The notes: a model not told the origin generated them from the letters alone. A stretch of 64,000 nt of DNA from Spirulina sp. (GCA_044070495.1 JBIPSI010000013.1:88581-152580), one strand, 5' to 3'; shown: positions 31,305 through 42,376, counted from the stretch's first letter. Numbers and translations are program-made.

Positions 31305-31420
31305 ACCACCGGGGAGTAAACTCCCCGGCTCATTGCAGAAGTCTGCTAAAGCAGACTGGGAAACTCAGAGGCCAATCCTCTCCAGAGGATTTCGACGTTG
31401 AGCCTGGGACTTCTAGGCCT
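31305..31420. repeat. Multi-hairpin REP/MITE-like element
   Basis: CCGGGGAGTAAACTCCCCGG, AGTCTGCTAAAGCAGACT and ATCCTCTCCAGAGGAT hairpins in series. Confidence 0.55.
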
Positions 31421-31585
31421 TGGCTCATCGGCCCATCCTGGGGATCGCCCTCAAAACCTGCCTCACCTTAACAAGGCTGGGTGCGGCCAGCCCGCCCACC
31501 GATACCGAGGGGCCAACTGACCGGATTTAGCCTCCGCGCATTAGCCCTAAATCACAAAAGACCAAGATTCTTAGGGCTGCGGTCT

Positions 31586-31637
31586 ATATAGTTTTCTTGT
31601 ACTATTTCCCGAACTGCGATATAGTTTACTTGTACTA
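31586..31637. promoter_or_regulatory. Tandem 19-bp operator-like repeat upstream of the M23 peptidase
   Basis: ATATAGTTTTCTTGTACTA (31586) and ATATAGTTTACTTGTACTA (31619), 33 bp apart. Confidence 0.6.
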
Positions 31638-31706
31638 ATTTTGTATCCGTCTTTGTCCTAATTTTTTGTGCATAGCGGATTCCTGACTTCCTAGGATCGA
31701 TGTGAC

Positions 31707-32324
31707 ATGGTGGTACGGCGCAGTGTAGTCCTTGGCTGGGGCTGGATAGTTCTTTTCAGTGTGAGTTTAGGCGTGATGGTTGAGATGGCTCCCCTTCCTT
31801 GGCAATCGCTGCGGCCAGAGGTTTCGCTGGCGGCGGATGATCCTCCGCCGGAACCCCAAAACCCTTGGCAGAAGGGGGCTTCCTTTCCGGTGGAGCAATT
31901 TACGGCCTACACCTCCCCCTTTGGCTATCGGCAGCATCCCATGGGGGGCTATCGGTTCCACTACGGGCTAGATTTAGCCGCGCCCCTGGGCAGCTACATT
32001 CGCAACTGGTGGGATGGCACCGTGATTCGGGTGGGTAGCGACAACGCCTGCGGCACCTACGTCACCGTGAAATCGGGCGATTGGACCCATGTGTACTGCC
32101 ACATGCACGGGCACATTGTGGTGGAAAAGGAGGGCGGACGGGTGATGGTGGATCGACCTGGAGGCTTGGAAATTCGCCAGGGGCAGACCGTGCAATCAGG
32201 ACAGCGCATTGGCCGAGTGGGGATGACCGGACGCACCACTGGGCCGCATCTGCACTGGGGCATGAAATATCAGGGGCTTTGGGTCGATCCGGCCCTGGTT
32301 TTGAAGGCCATGCAGACCCAATAG
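31707..32324 (+). CDS. M23-family metallopeptidase
   Basis: TSPFGYR, HYGLD, YCHM, GMTGRTTGPHLHW. Confidence 0.92.
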   Translation: MVVRRSVVLGWGWIVLFSVSLGVMVEMAPLPWQSLRPEVSLAADDPPPEPQNPWQKGASFPVEQFTAYTSPFGYRQHPMGGYRFHYGLDLAAPLGSYIRNWWDGTVIRVGSDNACGTYVTVKSGDWTHVYCHMHGHIVVEKEGGRVMVDRPGGLEIRQGQTVQSGQRIGRVGMTGRTTGPHLHWGMKYQGLWVDPALVLKAMQTQ

Positions 32325-32433
32325 GCCCAATCAAGGCGGTTTTCAGGATCGTCAAAGGTTAAGATACGTAACAGCCTCGGTGTCGGTTCTGGCACGGGGC
32401 CATTCCTTTATTACGGTTAAATTCGGTACTTTC

Positions 32434-33513
32434 GTGCAATTAGAGTCTCTTCATCTTCGACCAGAGGGGTCATCCCAAGGAAATAGCGCCGCCGATTCGG
32501 GCCTACCCTTTACCCTTCAAGACCTAAAAAACGCCATTCCAGACGCTTGTTTTCAGCCCTCCGTTGGGCGTTCCATCGCCTACTTCCTGCGGGATATCGG
32601 CTTGATTGCAGCCCTCTATGTCGCGGCCTATACCCTGGATGCCTGGTGGTTTTACCCGATTTTTTGGTTTTTGCAAGGCACCCTGTTTTGGGCCTTGTTT
32701 GTGGTCGGCCATGACTGCGGCCACGGGTCTTTCTCCAAGCTGGGCTGGCTGAATAATCTCGTCGGCCACCTGTCCCACACGCCGATTTTGGTGCCCTACC
32801 ACGGCTGGCGCATCAGCCACCGCACCCACCACGCCAACACCGGAAATATTGACACCGACGAAAGCTGGTACCCCCTCACAGAAACCCAGTATCGGCACCT
32901 GCCCACTGCCCAAAAATGGGTACGGTTCTACCTTGGGCTGTTGGCCTATCCGTTTTATCTGTTCCTGCGGTCTCCCGGACGCAAGGGGTCTCACTTTTTG
33001 CCCAGCAGCCCCCTCTTCCGCCCCTCCGAACGGCGTGGTGTCCTCATCAGCACCCTCTGCTGCGCGGCCATGGTGGCGCTGCTGGTGGGGCTAACGGTGC
33101 AGTTTGGCCTGGGCTTCATCGTCAAGTTCTACGTGATGCCTTACCTGGTGTTTGTCGTCTGGCTGGATCTCGTCACCCTGCTGCACCACACCACCCCTGA
33201 GATGCCCTGGTATCGTGGCGAAGACTGGAACTTCCTCAAGGGGGCCATCTCCACCATCGACCACGACTACGGTGTGTTCAACGATATTCATCACAACATC
33301 GGCACCCACGTTGCCCACCACATCTTTTTGGGCATTCCCCACTACCACCTGAAAACCGCCACCGAGGCCATCAAACCCGTGATGGGGAGCTACTACCGCA
33401 AATCCAGCGACTCGATCTGGACGAGCTTCTGGCGAGCCTTCTGGGAATGCCGCTACGTGCCCGACCAAGGTTCTCAGGTTTATTACCAACCCGATCCTCA
33501 ATACCGGGCCTAG
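32434..33513 (+). CDS. desB: Omega-3 (delta-15) acyl-lipid desaturase
   Basis: His boxes HDCGH, HRTHH and HVAHH; ILVPYHGWRISH and NIDTDESWYP are typical of DesB. Confidence 0.9.
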   Translation: MQLESLHLRPEGSSQGNSAADSGLPFTLQDLKNAIPDACFQPSVGRSIAYFLRDIGLIAALYVAAYTLDAWWFYPIFWFLQGTLFWALFVVGHDCGHGSFSKLGWLNNLVGHLSHTPILVPYHGWRISHRTHHANTGNIDTDESWYPLTETQYRHLPTAQKWVRFYLGLLAYPFYLFLRSPGRKGSHFLPSSPLFRPSERRGVLISTLCCAAMVALLVGLTVQFGLGFIVKFYVMPYLVFVVWLDLVTLLHHTTPEMPWYRGEDWNFLKGAISTIDHDYGVFNDIHHNIGTHVAHHIFLGIPHYHLKTATEAIKPVMGSYYRKSSDSIWTSFWRAFWECRYVPDQGSQVYYQPDPQYRA

Positions 33514-33534
33514 GGGTTAAACATCCCACCCTAC

Positions 33535-33602
33535 AGAACCCCGGTTTCCACCCTTGGCAAGGCCGCATCTCCTAGGCCCACCGACGAAGAAACCGGGGTT
33601 CT
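33535..33602. repeat. ~67-bp inverted-repeat mini-element, copy 1
   Basis: AGAACCCCGGTTTC...GAAACCGGGGTTCT; homologous in reverse orientation to 49009-49075. Confidence 0.8.
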
Positions 33603-33617
33603 CTCAATGGGGATGAT

Positions 33618-34205
33618 CTACACCCGCTGGCTGAACGCTGCCTGGGCCTGTTGCAGGCTAGCCAGATGGGGCCAAGGCAGCAAATCCTCTAAGTTCGTAG
33701 CCGGAATCGAAATTTGGCAAGGCCGCAGGGAAAGGGTGAGATCCAGCGCCGAGAACGCCAGCCATTGATCCGACGAATGAACCCGTACCTGCCCCTGGGT
33801 TGCCCCTTGACACCCATGGGGAATCGTGAGCGTGGCGGACAAGCTGTAGTCTCCCGGTGGCAGATCAAAAAAGCAGTAGTGGCCATCACCCCCGGTTAGG
33901 GTTTGGTCAGGGCGGGGGGCAACCAGCCACTGGTTGCGCTCAAAGGTGTTGAACAGCACTTGGGCCAATTTGAGGGTATCGGGGGTAATGGGGCGATCAC
34001 ACATCAGCCGTTGATAGTTCGCCATCAGGTGCGGGTGGGGAACGAGGGATTGCCCTAGAACCTCCAAAAAAACCTGAATACATTCCATCGGGGCTTGGGT
34101 AATGCGCACTACAACTTGGGGCAATCCTTCCTGGGTGGCGGCATTGATCACCGTTCCAGCAATGGCCACTCGCTGCTGTTGGGTTTGATGGGCTGAAGTC
34201 AGCAT
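33618..34205 (-). CDS. Carboxypeptidase-regulatory-like (beta-sandwich) domain protein
   Basis: VAIAGTVINAAT...VVVRIT and TLTGGDGHYCFFDLPPGDYSLSA. Confidence 0.7.
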   Translation of the reverse strand: MLTSAHQTQQQRVAIAGTVINAATQEGLPQVVVRITQAPMECIQVFLEVLGQSLVPHPHLMANYQRLMCDRPITPDTLKLAQVLFNTFERNQWLVAPRPDQTLTGGDGHYCFFDLPPGDYSLSATLTIPHGCQGATQGQVRVHSSDQWLAFSALDLTLSLRPCQISIPATNLEDLLPWPHLASLQQAQAAFSQRV

Positions 34206-34755
34206 GTCCGGTTCTCCCTTATGGCGTGGATACAGAACCCAGCGTCGCTGCCTGGACAGAGGGCTTTTCAGCCACGACTGCCCAAAGACCAAAGACCGAC
34301 ACGACACTGTTGCCCACGCAATCGTGGGCCATGGGTGGGGGCAAATGAATAGCGGTCACACTAAATATCGGTAGCCGACACACTGAGGCGAACTCGTCTA
34401 CCGTGGGAGGCCATAGCCCTACGTCCCGCAACGGACTCCGAAGCCCCCGCAGGTTTCCTTGCCCCAGGCTCATCCTACTGCTAATTACCGGGGGGCGGTG
34501 GGATCATTGCGCGAAGTTCTCATCGGTGCAAGGGGCACTCTAGCCAGTGCGACGTAATTTGTTGTTATGTAAATCCGCCCCACCATGCCAATCCGCCCCG
34601 CCGAATCACCCTGGATGGATCTTGACAGTTGACTTTTCAGGTAGGGGGAACAGCAACAAAGGCCCCTCTCCTTGGGGGAGAGGGGTTTGGGGTGAAGGCC
34701 CTTGGGGATGAACGATCCCCAGAGGATGCCCTCGGTATCCACTAATCGGTATCCA

Positions 34756-35802
<1,047 letters not shown>

Positions 35803-36277
35803 TTAAGGATTCTCCACGCAATACCGCCAACTCTTAACGTTTTTTGAAATGTCGTTACATCCGACAACCTTTCTTGAGGAAGGCCGTTGGCTACCGTGCC
35901 ACCTAATCTATCGATCTGGACGCGGCTGATCGCCAAGACCACCCCTCGCACCTTCCCATCCCTGGGCCAATGGACTAGGACTGGGGCGGCAAAGGCAGTT
36001 CGATGCCCAACTTGCCGCTCAGATCGGTCACGTTATCCACATTGGCCTTTGCTCTACTCATTTCAGCGGCGGTGGCGCTGGTGATAAACGCAACGGCCTT
36101 TCTGGTCAAGCTCTGGTTGCCCGATTGAGGTCGCTAAACCCATCCTGGGGCCTTCGGTTCTCACTACCCCCGATAGATGAGAGCTTAGTTAACAGTTCGT
36201 TACAATAACACCTATGGACAGGACACAAATCCTAGGATTTCACCCCCTGTCCTCAGGTTTTAAACGAGAGGTGCCCC

Positions 36278-37396
36278 ATGAACGGCAACTTACGGGTCGG
36301 GAATCTATTTGGTATTCCCTTTTATGTGAATGTGTCTTGGTTTTTGGTGTTGCTGCTGGTGACTTGGCAGTACGGCAGCGGTCTAGCCGCCGCGTTTCCC
36401 ACCTTAGGTGGGACATTGCCCTGGGTGCTGGGGCTAGGTTCGGCGCTGATGCTGTTTGCCTCGGTGTTGGCCCACGAACTGGGGCATAGCTTTGCCGCAA
36501 GGCAGCAGGGCATTGATGTGAACTCGATCACACTGTTTTTGTTTGGAGGGTTGGCCGCGCTAGAGAAGGAATCTGAAACCCCAAAAGGCGCGTTTCAGGT
36601 GGCCATCGCTGGCCCGCTGGTGAGCTTTGCCCTCTTTGGTCTGTTCTCTGTGGCGGGTCTGGCCTTGCCCCTCCCTGGCCCGATGGCCGGAATCGTCGGC
36701 CTCTTGGCCTATATCAACCTAGCCCTGGGAGCCTTTAACCTGATCCCCGGTTTGCCCTTGGATGGCGGCAATGTGCTGAAGGCGGCTGTCTGGAAAATTA
36801 CCGGACAACCCCACAAGGGTCTGGTGTTTGCCAGCCGCGTGGGCCAACTGCTGGGCTGGACGGCGATTGCGGTCGGTGGGGCCTCGGTTTTAAGCCTTAG
36901 CTCCGTGGGCAGTGTTTGGACGCTGTTGATTGGTCTGTTTTTGCTGCAAAATGCTAACCGCACAGCGCAGTTTGGCGCAGTGCAAGGTCGCCTCACGGGC
37001 CTTACCGCCGCCGATGCCGTAGCGCAGGACAGCCCCATCATCGAAGCGAACGCTTCCCTACGAGAGTTTGCCGATCATGTGCTGCTAGCGGCTCCTTCGG
37101 CCTGGCGCAAGTTCCTGGTGGCCGATGAAACCGGGCTGCTGGTAGGCACGGTGCTGGTGGATGCCCTAAAGCAGGTGCCCCGCGACCAGTGGGACACCAC
37201 CACCGTGGCGGACATCATGGAATCAGCGGGAGACATTCTCACGGTGGGGGTAGAGCAACCGTTGATGGAGGTGGTCAAGACCCTGGAAACCCGCCAAATC
37301 AACGCCCTAGCGGTGATTGATAACAATGGGTCGCTGGCGGGTCTGCTAGAGAAGCGCTCGATTCAGGCGCTACTACAATCGCCCCAGGCGGCTTAA
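36278..37396 (+). CDS. Site-2 protease (M50) with CBS domains
   Basis: HELGH, AIAGP, FNLIPGLPLDGG, C-terminal CBS pair. Confidence 0.93.
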   Translation: MNGNLRVGNLFGIPFYVNVSWFLVLLLVTWQYGSGLAAAFPTLGGTLPWVLGLGSALMLFASVLAHELGHSFAARQQGIDVNSITLFLFGGLAALEKESETPKGAFQVAIAGPLVSFALFGLFSVAGLALPLPGPMAGIVGLLAYINLALGAFNLIPGLPLDGGNVLKAAVWKITGQPHKGLVFASRVGQLLGWTAIAVGGASVLSLSSVGSVWTLLIGLFLLQNANRTAQFGAVQGRLTGLTAADAVAQDSPIIEANASLREFADHVLLAAPSAWRKFLVADETGLLVGTVLVDALKQVPRDQWDTTTVADIMESAGDILTVGVEQPLMEVVKTLETRQINALAVIDNNGSLAGLLEKRSIQALLQSPQAA

Positions 37397-37545
37397 CTTT
37401 GGCTAGATGCTCACTAACTCAAACGCAGATCAGATTTCTCTGGTCTGCGTTTTTGCGATCAATCTCGTTTTTGCGATCAATCTGCTGATGTAAAGCTTCT
37501 CCTGATTCCCTACGATGGTTCTATAACAGCTCGGCTCTGGCAGTA

Positions 37546-37610
37546 GTAGGGTGGGCACTGCCCACCATGGACTAAAGCGACGGCAGGGGTGGTGGTGGGC
37601 GATGCCCATC
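37546..37610. repeat. REP doublet (REPIN-like)
   Basis: GTAGGGTGGGCACTGCCCACC ... GGTGGGCGATGCCCATC. Confidence 0.7.
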
Positions 37611-37684
37611 ATTCACTTTTAGATAACCGAGATACTCGTTTTATACAGGGACAACCCACCATCCTTACTTCCCTAGGTGCAGTG

Positions 37685-37897
37685 CTAAGCGACCTTCGCA
37701 AACTTAGCCCGTAACCCAATCACCGTTAGCCCAACAACTTCCTGGGTTGCTTCGTCATAGCGAAGTACAACCCCATCGCCAATATCAACTCCAACGGCTG
37801 GACGAGGTTTACCCACCGATAGATATAAGACATCTGCTTCATCGTCGTAATCCCAGTTAGCTTGATTGGATGCTTGTAGAATTTTCAGCGTGTCCAT
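37685..37897 (-). CDS. DUF2283-domain protein (antitoxin-like)
   Basis: YDDEADVLYL, GVVLRYD...VVGLTVI. Confidence 0.85.
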   Translation of the reverse strand: MDTLKILQASNQANWDYDDEADVLYLSVGKPRPAVGVDIGDGVVLRYDEATQEVVGLTVIGLRAKFAKVA

Positions 37898-38040
37898 AAA
37901 ACCTCTCTTTGTTGCGACGGGCGACGGGTCAGTTAATCCGTCAACACAAAACCATCAGTAGCCTTGATTTCTCGGTAGGCGACCACAACATATTTGCGCC
38001 CTAGCTGGGTTACCTCAGACAGCCGAATAGCCAGCAATTT
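37885..38040 (-). pseudogene. Truncated remnant of the RelE-like partner of DUF2283
   Basis: Reads KLLAIRLSEVTQLGRKYVVVAYREIKATDGFVLTD*LTRRPSQQREVLWTR*; in-frame TAA at 37933-37935; no 5' half; overlaps the DUF2283 start. Confidence 0.65.
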
Positions 38041-38049
38041 CGGTTGTGT

Positions 38050-38328
38050 CTAGGTTGATTTATGCAGCAAAGCAGCCTGCTTCTGAGATTCGGCATAGAT
38101 CCTGAGAGCCGCTGCCATATGTTGCTCTGCGCCTTCTCCTTGAGATTGAAACCAGTTTAAGGTTTCTACATCAATGGGTACAGTCACCATAGAAACCGTT
38201 GATTGAGGCATTCTTAGCTTTGCCTTAGCAAAAAACGCTTCATCCAGCGGTGGAATGTCTGACGTGTCAATGTCGTCATCGGTCATTGCATCAATTCTGG
38301 CCCAGTCGGTCTTGGAGGTATTGTTCAT
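38050..38328 (-). CDS. brnA: BrnA-family antitoxin
   Basis: TDWARIDAMTDDDIDTSDIPPL, VPIDVETLNWF; overlaps the end of brnT. Confidence 0.8.
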   Translation of the reverse strand: MNNTSKTDWARIDAMTDDDIDTSDIPPLDEAFFAKAKLRMPQSTVSMVTVPIDVETLNWFQSQGEGAEQHMAAALRIYAESQKQAALLHKST

Positions 38329-38584
38329 AGCGCTTTCGTTCATGGGAGAGTGCCTTTCTTAGGGAAATGACACGAATGGTATTTACCGCTGGCTCTGTAA
38401 ATATGATCACGATAACGCGACCATCCAGCCAGCCGATGCTCATCCATCGGTCTTCACCATAATCATCGCGCTCATCTAGATCGATCAACAACGGCAAGTC
38501 AAAGATTCGATATGCGTCTGCAAAGTCGAAGCCATGCTTGCCGATGTTGGTTTCATTCTTGCGGTCATCCCACTCAAACTGCAT
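38291..38584 (-). CDS. brnT: BrnT-family ribonuclease toxin
   Basis: MQFEWDDRKNETNIGKHGFDF, YGEDRW, IRVISLRKA. Confidence 0.92.
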   Translation of the reverse strand: MQFEWDDRKNETNIGKHGFDFADAYRIFDLPLLIDLDERDDYGEDRWMSIGWLDGRVIVIIFTEPAVNTIRVISLRKALSHERKRYEQYLQDRLGQN

Positions 38585-38596
38585 AGGCGGCTCAGG

Positions 38597-40081
38597 TTAG
38601 GGCAGTTCGGTACGCCCCATCAGGTAACGGTCGCATTCCCGCGCTGCGCCACGACCCTCGTTGATGGCCCACACCACCAGGCTTTGGCCTCGGCGGCAAT
38701 CCCCCGCCGCAAAGACTCCAGGAATCGAGGTGGTGTATTGCTCATGCTGGGCTTTGACGTTGCTGCGGGCGTCTTTTTCCAGACCCAGGGCATCGATGAG
38801 GGGCTGTTCTGGGCCGAGGAATCCCATCGCCAGCAGCACCAACTGGGCGGGCACCACCTTTTCAGTACCGGGGATTTGCTGGGGTACAAAGCGCCCGTTT
38901 TCATCCTTGGCCCACTGAATTTGCACGGTGTGGACAGCCTTCACATGGCCATTTTCATCGCCCTCAAACTTGGTGGCGGTGGTCAGGTAGGTGCGGGGAT
39001 CGGCCCCAAATTGGGCGGCGGCTTCCTCTTGGCCATAGTCCATCTTGTAGACCTTGGGCCATTCGGGCCAGGGGTTGTTGGCGGCGCGGGTATCTGGTGG
39101 CTGGGGCATAATTTCCACCTGGGTAACGCTGGCGCAGCCGTGGCGAATCGAAGTCCCCACGCAGTCTGTCCCGGTGTCGCCGCCGCCGATGATCACCACA
39201 TCCTTACCCGCCGCCGAAATAAAGCCGGGGGTGGGCTGGCCATCCAGGACGGTACGGGTATTTTCGGTGAGGAATTCCATGGCAAAGTGGATGCCTTGGA
39301 GGTCGCGCCCTTCGATGGGCAGGTCTCGCGGCTTGGTAGAACCCGTGCAGAGCAGCACCGCGTCAAAGTCCTGCATCAGGGTTTCGGCGGCGATGTCTTT
39401 GCCCACTTCGGTATTGCACACAAAGGTGACACCCTCGGCCTCCAGCACATCCAACCGCCGCTGCACCACTTCTTTTTTATCCAGCTTCATGTTGGGGATG
39501 CCGTACATCAACAGCCCACCGGGACGGTCGGCCCGCTCGTACACCGTCACCCAATGGCCCGCCGCATTAAGCTGCGCCGCCGCCGCCAACCCCGCAGGCC
39601 CAGAGCCAATCACCGCCACCTTTTTGCCCGTGCGTTGCTGCGGTGGCGTGGGGGTAATCCAGCCCGATTCCCAGCCCTTTTCGGCGATGGAATACTCAAT
39701 GTTCTTAATCGTCACCGGGGGGCTGGTGATGCCCAACACGCAGGAACCCTCACAAGGGGCCGGACAAACCCGCCCCGTAAATTCTGGGAAATTGTTGGTT
39801 TTGTGCAGTCGCTCTAGGGCTTCTTCCCACAGGCCGCGATAGACCAAATCATTCCATTCGGGGATCAAATTGTTAATCGGGCAACCGCTGGCCATGCCGC
39901 TAATGGTGATGCCCGTATGACAAAAGGGCGTGCCGCAATCCATACACCGCGCCCCTTGGGTACGCAAATTTTCCTCTGGCATGGCCAGGTGAAATTCGTC
40001 CCAATTGCGAATGCGATCCGCAGGGGCCACCTCTTGTGCCACTTCCCGCAGATATTCCATAAAGCCAGTCGGTTTTCCCAT
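38597..40081 (-). CDS. gltD: NADH-dependent glutamate synthase small subunit
   Basis: [59 protein letters not shown]. Confidence 0.97.
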   Translation of the reverse strand: MGKPTGFMEYLREVAQEVAPADRIRNWDEFHLAMPEENLRTQGARCMDCGTPFCHTGITISGMASGCPINNLIPEWNDLVYRGLWEEALERLHKTNNFPEFTGRVCPAPCEGSCVLGITSPPVTIKNIEYSIAEKGWESGWITPTPPQQRTGKKVAVIGSGPAGLAAAAQLNAAGHWVTVYERADRPGGLLMYGIPNMKLDKKEVVQRRLDVLEAEGVTFVCNTEVGKDIAAETLMQDFDAVLLCTGSTKPRDLPIEGRDLQGIHFAMEFLTENTRTVLDGQPTPGFISAAGKDVVIIGGGDTGTDCVGTSIRHGCASVTQVEIMPQPPDTRAANNPWPEWPKVYKMDYGQEEAAAQFGADPRTYLTTATKFEGDENGHVKAVHTVQIQWAKDENGRFVPQQIPGTEKVVPAQLVLLAMGFLGPEQPLIDALGLEKDARSNVKAQHEQYTTSIPGVFAAGDCRRGQSLVVWAINEGRGAARECDRYLMGRTELP

Positions 40082-40126
40082 GGTGGTTGTCCTGAAGTTG
40101 CTAATTAAAGGTCATTCGTTTGACTT

Positions 40127-40246
40127 GTAGGGTGCATTCGCGAAGCAATGCACCAAGATGGAAAGTTTCTCGTGTGGTGCATTGCGGCTCAAAAGCGTAA
40201 TCTGATCTAATTTAGCCAGGGGTGGTAAGCCGCGAATGCACCCTAC
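40127..40246. repeat. REPIN-like element with perfect 16-bp inverted ends
   Basis: GTAGGGTGCATTCGCG ... CGCGAATGCACCCTAC, with internal hairpins. Confidence 0.8.
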
Positions 40247-40269
40247 GGACTGATAAAACTCATGTTATT

Positions 40270-41595
40270 TCATGAAAGCTCTCTAAATTTTTTCAAAGCC
40301 TCTGTAGGCTCTAAATTTCCATGTTCAAATCTTAATGCTAGCTGTGCTGCCTTTTCAGCAATTTTTTGGGAAATGAGTTTCTTTCCTAAGAAAACAAGCA
40401 TTGAATAGTTAGAGGCGTTAAACAAGATTTTTGAAATCCCCTTAATTAAGAACTTACTACATTCTTTCTCGATAAATCCCTTTACAGAAAGATCTCCATC
40501 GTCATCTATATACAAAACCATGGCATCATCTTGTGAGAAATTCAGGTCATTATCCTTATGGGTATCTCGATTTGTTAGTTTATTACTAATCCAACGATTC
40601 TGAACCCTTAGAACCTCCTGGTCATTCTTAATAGGATTTGTATTTTTTGAGGCATCTTTGCCTCCATTCGTTAAGCATCTCCTGTAGCAGAAATAATTGG
40701 GATATTGCATATCAAAAATAATCCAGTCATGAAAGCCTTTACCTTTCCTGACCGTAACAGGGAAAACAGACTTTATTAAGGCATGATGTATCTTTCCTCT
40801 AAATTGAGTCTTTCTATCGTTTGGTGGAATCTTTTGATCGATGAATATCTTTTCAGATAAAAATCTAAATTTTGATAAAGAGAATTCGTTTTTAGTCAGA
40901 TTGATGACTCTCTCCAAAATCTCATTTATGGCAGCAATCCATGTTAAGGACAAGTCATCTATTCTCTGACTGGCAATGCCGAATTTCTCCTGTGCAAGAT
41001 TTACATTTTTCTTGGTGGCAAATTTTTCAGACGAGAAATAATGACTTATCTTATGAAGAAGGTCTTCTTTTCTTGCTAAAACGTGAAGCCAGTCCATTAA
41101 ATAAGAAGCTTCTTTTTCTGGGTTGTTCCAGTCAAGAAATCCAGTTGTCTCGCAATAGTACCTGATCCACTTCTTGCAATCATGTAAGAGAGAAACCTTA
41201 AACCAATGAATCAAATCTGTTATTTGCTGGCTCTCCTCGTCATTATTTTTCTGCTTAAGATTTTGAAAGTATTCTGGATCGATTTCATAAAATACTTGCT
41301 CAATGAAAGACTCCGCTGTTTCTAAGTCTTGCTCATGAGATTCTGCTAAAGATTTTGACTGATTACCCTGATTAACAGCAAAGCTTCGCTCAGGACAACG
41401 CTTGTCTTCGTAATCATGGTGCCCAAAATAACTCCTGCGCTTGTCAGGATTTTTGGATTTACTAAAATATAAAAACTGTGTGCATTCAGGGCAATATATT
41501 TTCCAAAGCTTGCATAGCTCATGAGTCAGCCTAGGATCTTTGGCGTAGATAATCTCGCCAGCCTTTTCTCCTGTAAGTGCCTTTGCTTCAAACAT
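40270..41595 (-). CDS. AT-rich hypothetical protein with N-terminal CxxC...H...C cluster
   Basis: 441-aa ORF, markedly lower GC than its flanks; YCPEC...YFGHH...RCPE. Confidence 0.8.
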   Translation of the reverse strand: MFEAKALTGEKAGEIIYAKDPRLTHELCKLWKIYCPECTQFLYFSKSKNPDKRRSYFGHHDYEDKRCPERSFAVNQGNQSKSLAESHEQDLETAESFIEQVFYEIDPEYFQNLKQKNNDEESQQITDLIHWFKVSLLHDCKKWIRYYCETTGFLDWNNPEKEASYLMDWLHVLARKEDLLHKISHYFSSEKFATKKNVNLAQEKFGIASQRIDDLSLTWIAAINEILERVINLTKNEFSLSKFRFLSEKIFIDQKIPPNDRKTQFRGKIHHALIKSVFPVTVRKGKGFHDWIIFDMQYPNYFCYRRCLTNGGKDASKNTNPIKNDQEVLRVQNRWISNKLTNRDTHKDNDLNFSQDDAMVLYIDDDGDLSVKGFIEKECSKFLIKGISKILFNASNYSMLVFLGKKLISQKIAEKAAQLALRFEHGNLEPTEALKKFRELS

Positions 41596-41605
41596 CTCTT
41601 AAAAT

Positions 41606-41827
41606 TTAATTCAAAATGGATTCTAAGATTTCTGGAGTTAGTCCCTTAGATTGGGCATAGTTACTCATAGACTTCATAATTTCTTCCAGCGAACGAGTAG
41701 GCCAAGCAAAACTCTTGAGTTGTAGACTAATCAGTGCTTCCATTTTTGCGCGATCCTCATCAGAAGCCGCCTCAAACTGCTCAGCCACCTCTGCACTCAC
41801 TCGAATTTGAATCGTTTTAGTTTCCAT
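41606..41827 (-). CDS. Small antitoxin-like protein
   Basis: TIQIRVSAEVA...SLEEIM...AQSKGLTPEILESIL, a pattern seen in small proteins usually upstream of PIN toxins. Confidence 0.65.
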   Translation of the reverse strand: METKTIQIRVSAEVAEQFEAASDEDRAKMEALISLQLKSFAWPTRSLEEIMKSMSNYAQSKGLTPEILESILN

Positions 41828-42054
41828 CGGGCCAATGGATCTAGACAAACGCTATAGGGTAAATAACCGTAGCCTACTATAAGCCCCAGCTTCTAGAGCT
41901 TCCCAAAACCCTAGAATCTCTTTAGGTCACGTTAACGAGTTGTTACCTTTCGCCGCCTGACGGTAGCAGCAATGTATCCGCTGGTACAGTTCATGGATCT
42001 ACCCCTGACTAGATGGTTCTGGCAAAGTATCCTAGAGAAGGCGCTACAATAGCG

Positions 42055-42369
42055 ATGATGGCTGTGAGTATCGAAAATATACGGAGAAAGTTCGCTGAGG
42101 ATCTGTTTGAGTTCTCTAAGCACGCCGTTGATCAATCTATCGTTCGTGGAATTTTGGTGCGGGAGATCAGAGAAGTCGTTGCCAATGGTCGCATCATCGA
42201 AGACTACCCAGATGATAAGTATGGGCCAAGCTGTCTAATCCTAGGCTTTACACAGGCGCAGAGACCACTTCATGTCCGCAGCTATCCTTCCCGCCCTATT
42301 CTTAAAATTATTACTCTGTACGAACCTGAAACCGATAAGTGGAGTAGCGATTTTATAAAAAGGAGATGA
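42055..42369 (+). CDS. DUF4258-domain toxin-like protein
   Basis: FSKHA, IIEDYPDDKYGPSCLILG, RPLHV, IITLYEP. Confidence 0.88.
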   Translation: MMAVSIENIRRKFAEDLFEFSKHAVDQSIVRGILVREIREVVANGRIIEDYPDDKYGPSCLILGFTQAQRPLHVRSYPSRPILKIITLYEPETDKWSSDFIKRR

Positions 42370-42376
42370 TCTATCA

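Noticed and set aside
38534..39817. 427-aa plus-strand ORF
   Set aside because: Antisense shadow of gltD with no recognisable motifs; the same applies to 44020-44940 (gltB), 34702-35379 (por) and 10420-11088 (ogdA)
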